A stretch of 64,000 bases of DNA from an uncultured Bdellovibrionales bacterium (GTDB lineage: Bacteria > Patescibacteriota > Minisyncoccia > Moranbacterales > UBA1568), in assembly GCA_964436855.1 (NCBI GenBank), contig CAYTED010000006.1, forward strand, positions 19,681 to 83,680. The letters are read 5' to 3'. A program made the position numbers and the translations under genes. Below, piece after piece: positions 63,462 through 64,000 of the stretch (within the stretch, counting starts at the first letter, position 1; each line of letters begins with the position of its first letter). A model generated the notes under the pieces. That model was not told the DNA's origin, did not search any database, and worked only from the letters and a program-made list of their open reading frames with translations.

Positions 63462-64000
63462 ATGGAAATGACGACGCTTGTTTTGAAAGAAATTCGCGAT
63501 GTGGCGGATGGGACGCGACTGTATGTTTTTGAAAAACCGGCAGGGTTTTCGTATCGGGCGGGTCAGTACACGGCGATCAAGCTCGAGAATCTGATTGAAC
63601 CGGATGAAAAAAGCGGCGTACGGTCGTTTTCGTTTGCTTCGGCGCCGTCGGATGATGAAATATCGTTTGCGATGCGCGAAGGAGAGAGTGGGTTTAAGAA
63701 AACATTCTGGGCGCTTACTCCCGGAGCGACGATCGGCGTGACAAAACCGGTCGGGTTTTTTACCGTTGATGACAATGATACCCGTCCGGTCGTATTTCTT
63801 GCCGGGGGAATCGGGATTACTCCCGTTCGCAGTATTCTCCGCGAGGCGACGGCAAGCGGATCGGAGCGGGAATTTGTTCTTTTCTATGCCAATCGATTCG
63901 AAAAGGACGCGGCGTTTCTCGAAGAAGTGCGGGCGCTTCCGGTCAAAAATTTGAAGGTGATAACGGTGTATAGCAAATCTCAAGTGGCTTGTGCTGATTG
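63462..64000 (+). CDS. FNR-like FAD/NAD(P)-binding oxidoreductase (partial, runs off window end)
   Basis: RxYS-type FAD motif (RSFSFASAP) and NAD(P) motif LAGGIGITPVRSIL. The minus-strand ORF 63366-63983 is therefore judged spurious. Confidence 0.7.
   Translation, partial: MEMTTLVLKEIRDVADGTRLYVFEKPAGFSYRAGQYTAIKLENLIEPDEKSGVRSFSFASAPSDDEISFAMREGESGFKKTFWALTPGATIGVTKPVGFFTVDDNDTRPVVFLAGGIGITPVRSILREATASGSEREFVLFYANRFEKDAAFLEEVRALPVKNLKVITVYSKSQVACAD

Noticed and set aside
63366-63983. 205-aa minus-strand ORF at the window end
   Set aside because: The + strand frame from 63462 encodes a clear FNR-like oxidoreductase (RSFSFAS, GGIGITP); the minus ORF is antisense noise.
10433-63995. Shared 12-mer aagtggcttgtg at 10433-10444 and 63983-63994
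   Set aside because: A single short exact match without extended flanking similarity, consistent with chance in 64 kb. Not treated as a repeat boundary.
1-64000. CRISPR arrays and rRNA genes
   Set aside because: No regularly spaced direct repeats of 25-40 bp with unique spacers, and no rRNA-like conserved stretches, were seen. Every repeat family found is dispersed or palindromic rather than array-like.

Overview
This 64-kb window looks like part of a small bacterial genome with ultra-small-cell (CPR/Patescibacteria-like) traits; that lineage call is inference, not a database result. It contains: (1) a copper/metal efflux cluster (P1B-type ATPase, cupredoxin-like protein, CDF transporter lacking its cytoplasmic domain, small His-rich membrane proteins); (2) a recombination hotspot with one intact large serine recombinase, two decayed recombinase remnants, conserved repeat-rich 3' flanks, XRE regulators and cargo (Bro-N protein, a DpnI-like methyl-directed nuclease catalytic domain, YdeI-like protein, an M23 peptidase joined by a poly-G frameshift to a large Cys/Trp-rich secreted domain, and an XRE plus methyltransferase cassette bounded by 65-bp inverted repeats); (3) housekeeping genes (AlkD-like repair protein, malic enzyme, PAS histidine kinase, XerC/D, LysM-CHAP hydrolase, CCA-adding enzyme, infB, nusA-ppa-tig-clpP, iPGM, RNase Y, HU, YvcK-like protein); (4) a type IV secretion or pilus-like locus (VirB6-like, VirB3-like, VirB4 split into two ORFs, a giant surface protein) and, separately, an array of five TrbC/VirB2-like pilin paralogs, one fused to a lytic transglycosylase; (5) an MNT/HepT toxin-antitoxin pair inserted into a duplicated infB 3' end; (6) four tRNAs (Leu-UAG, Pro-CGG, Ser-CGA, Pro-UGG) and several families of short intergenic repeats or hairpins. 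No rRNA genes or CRISPR arrays were seen.
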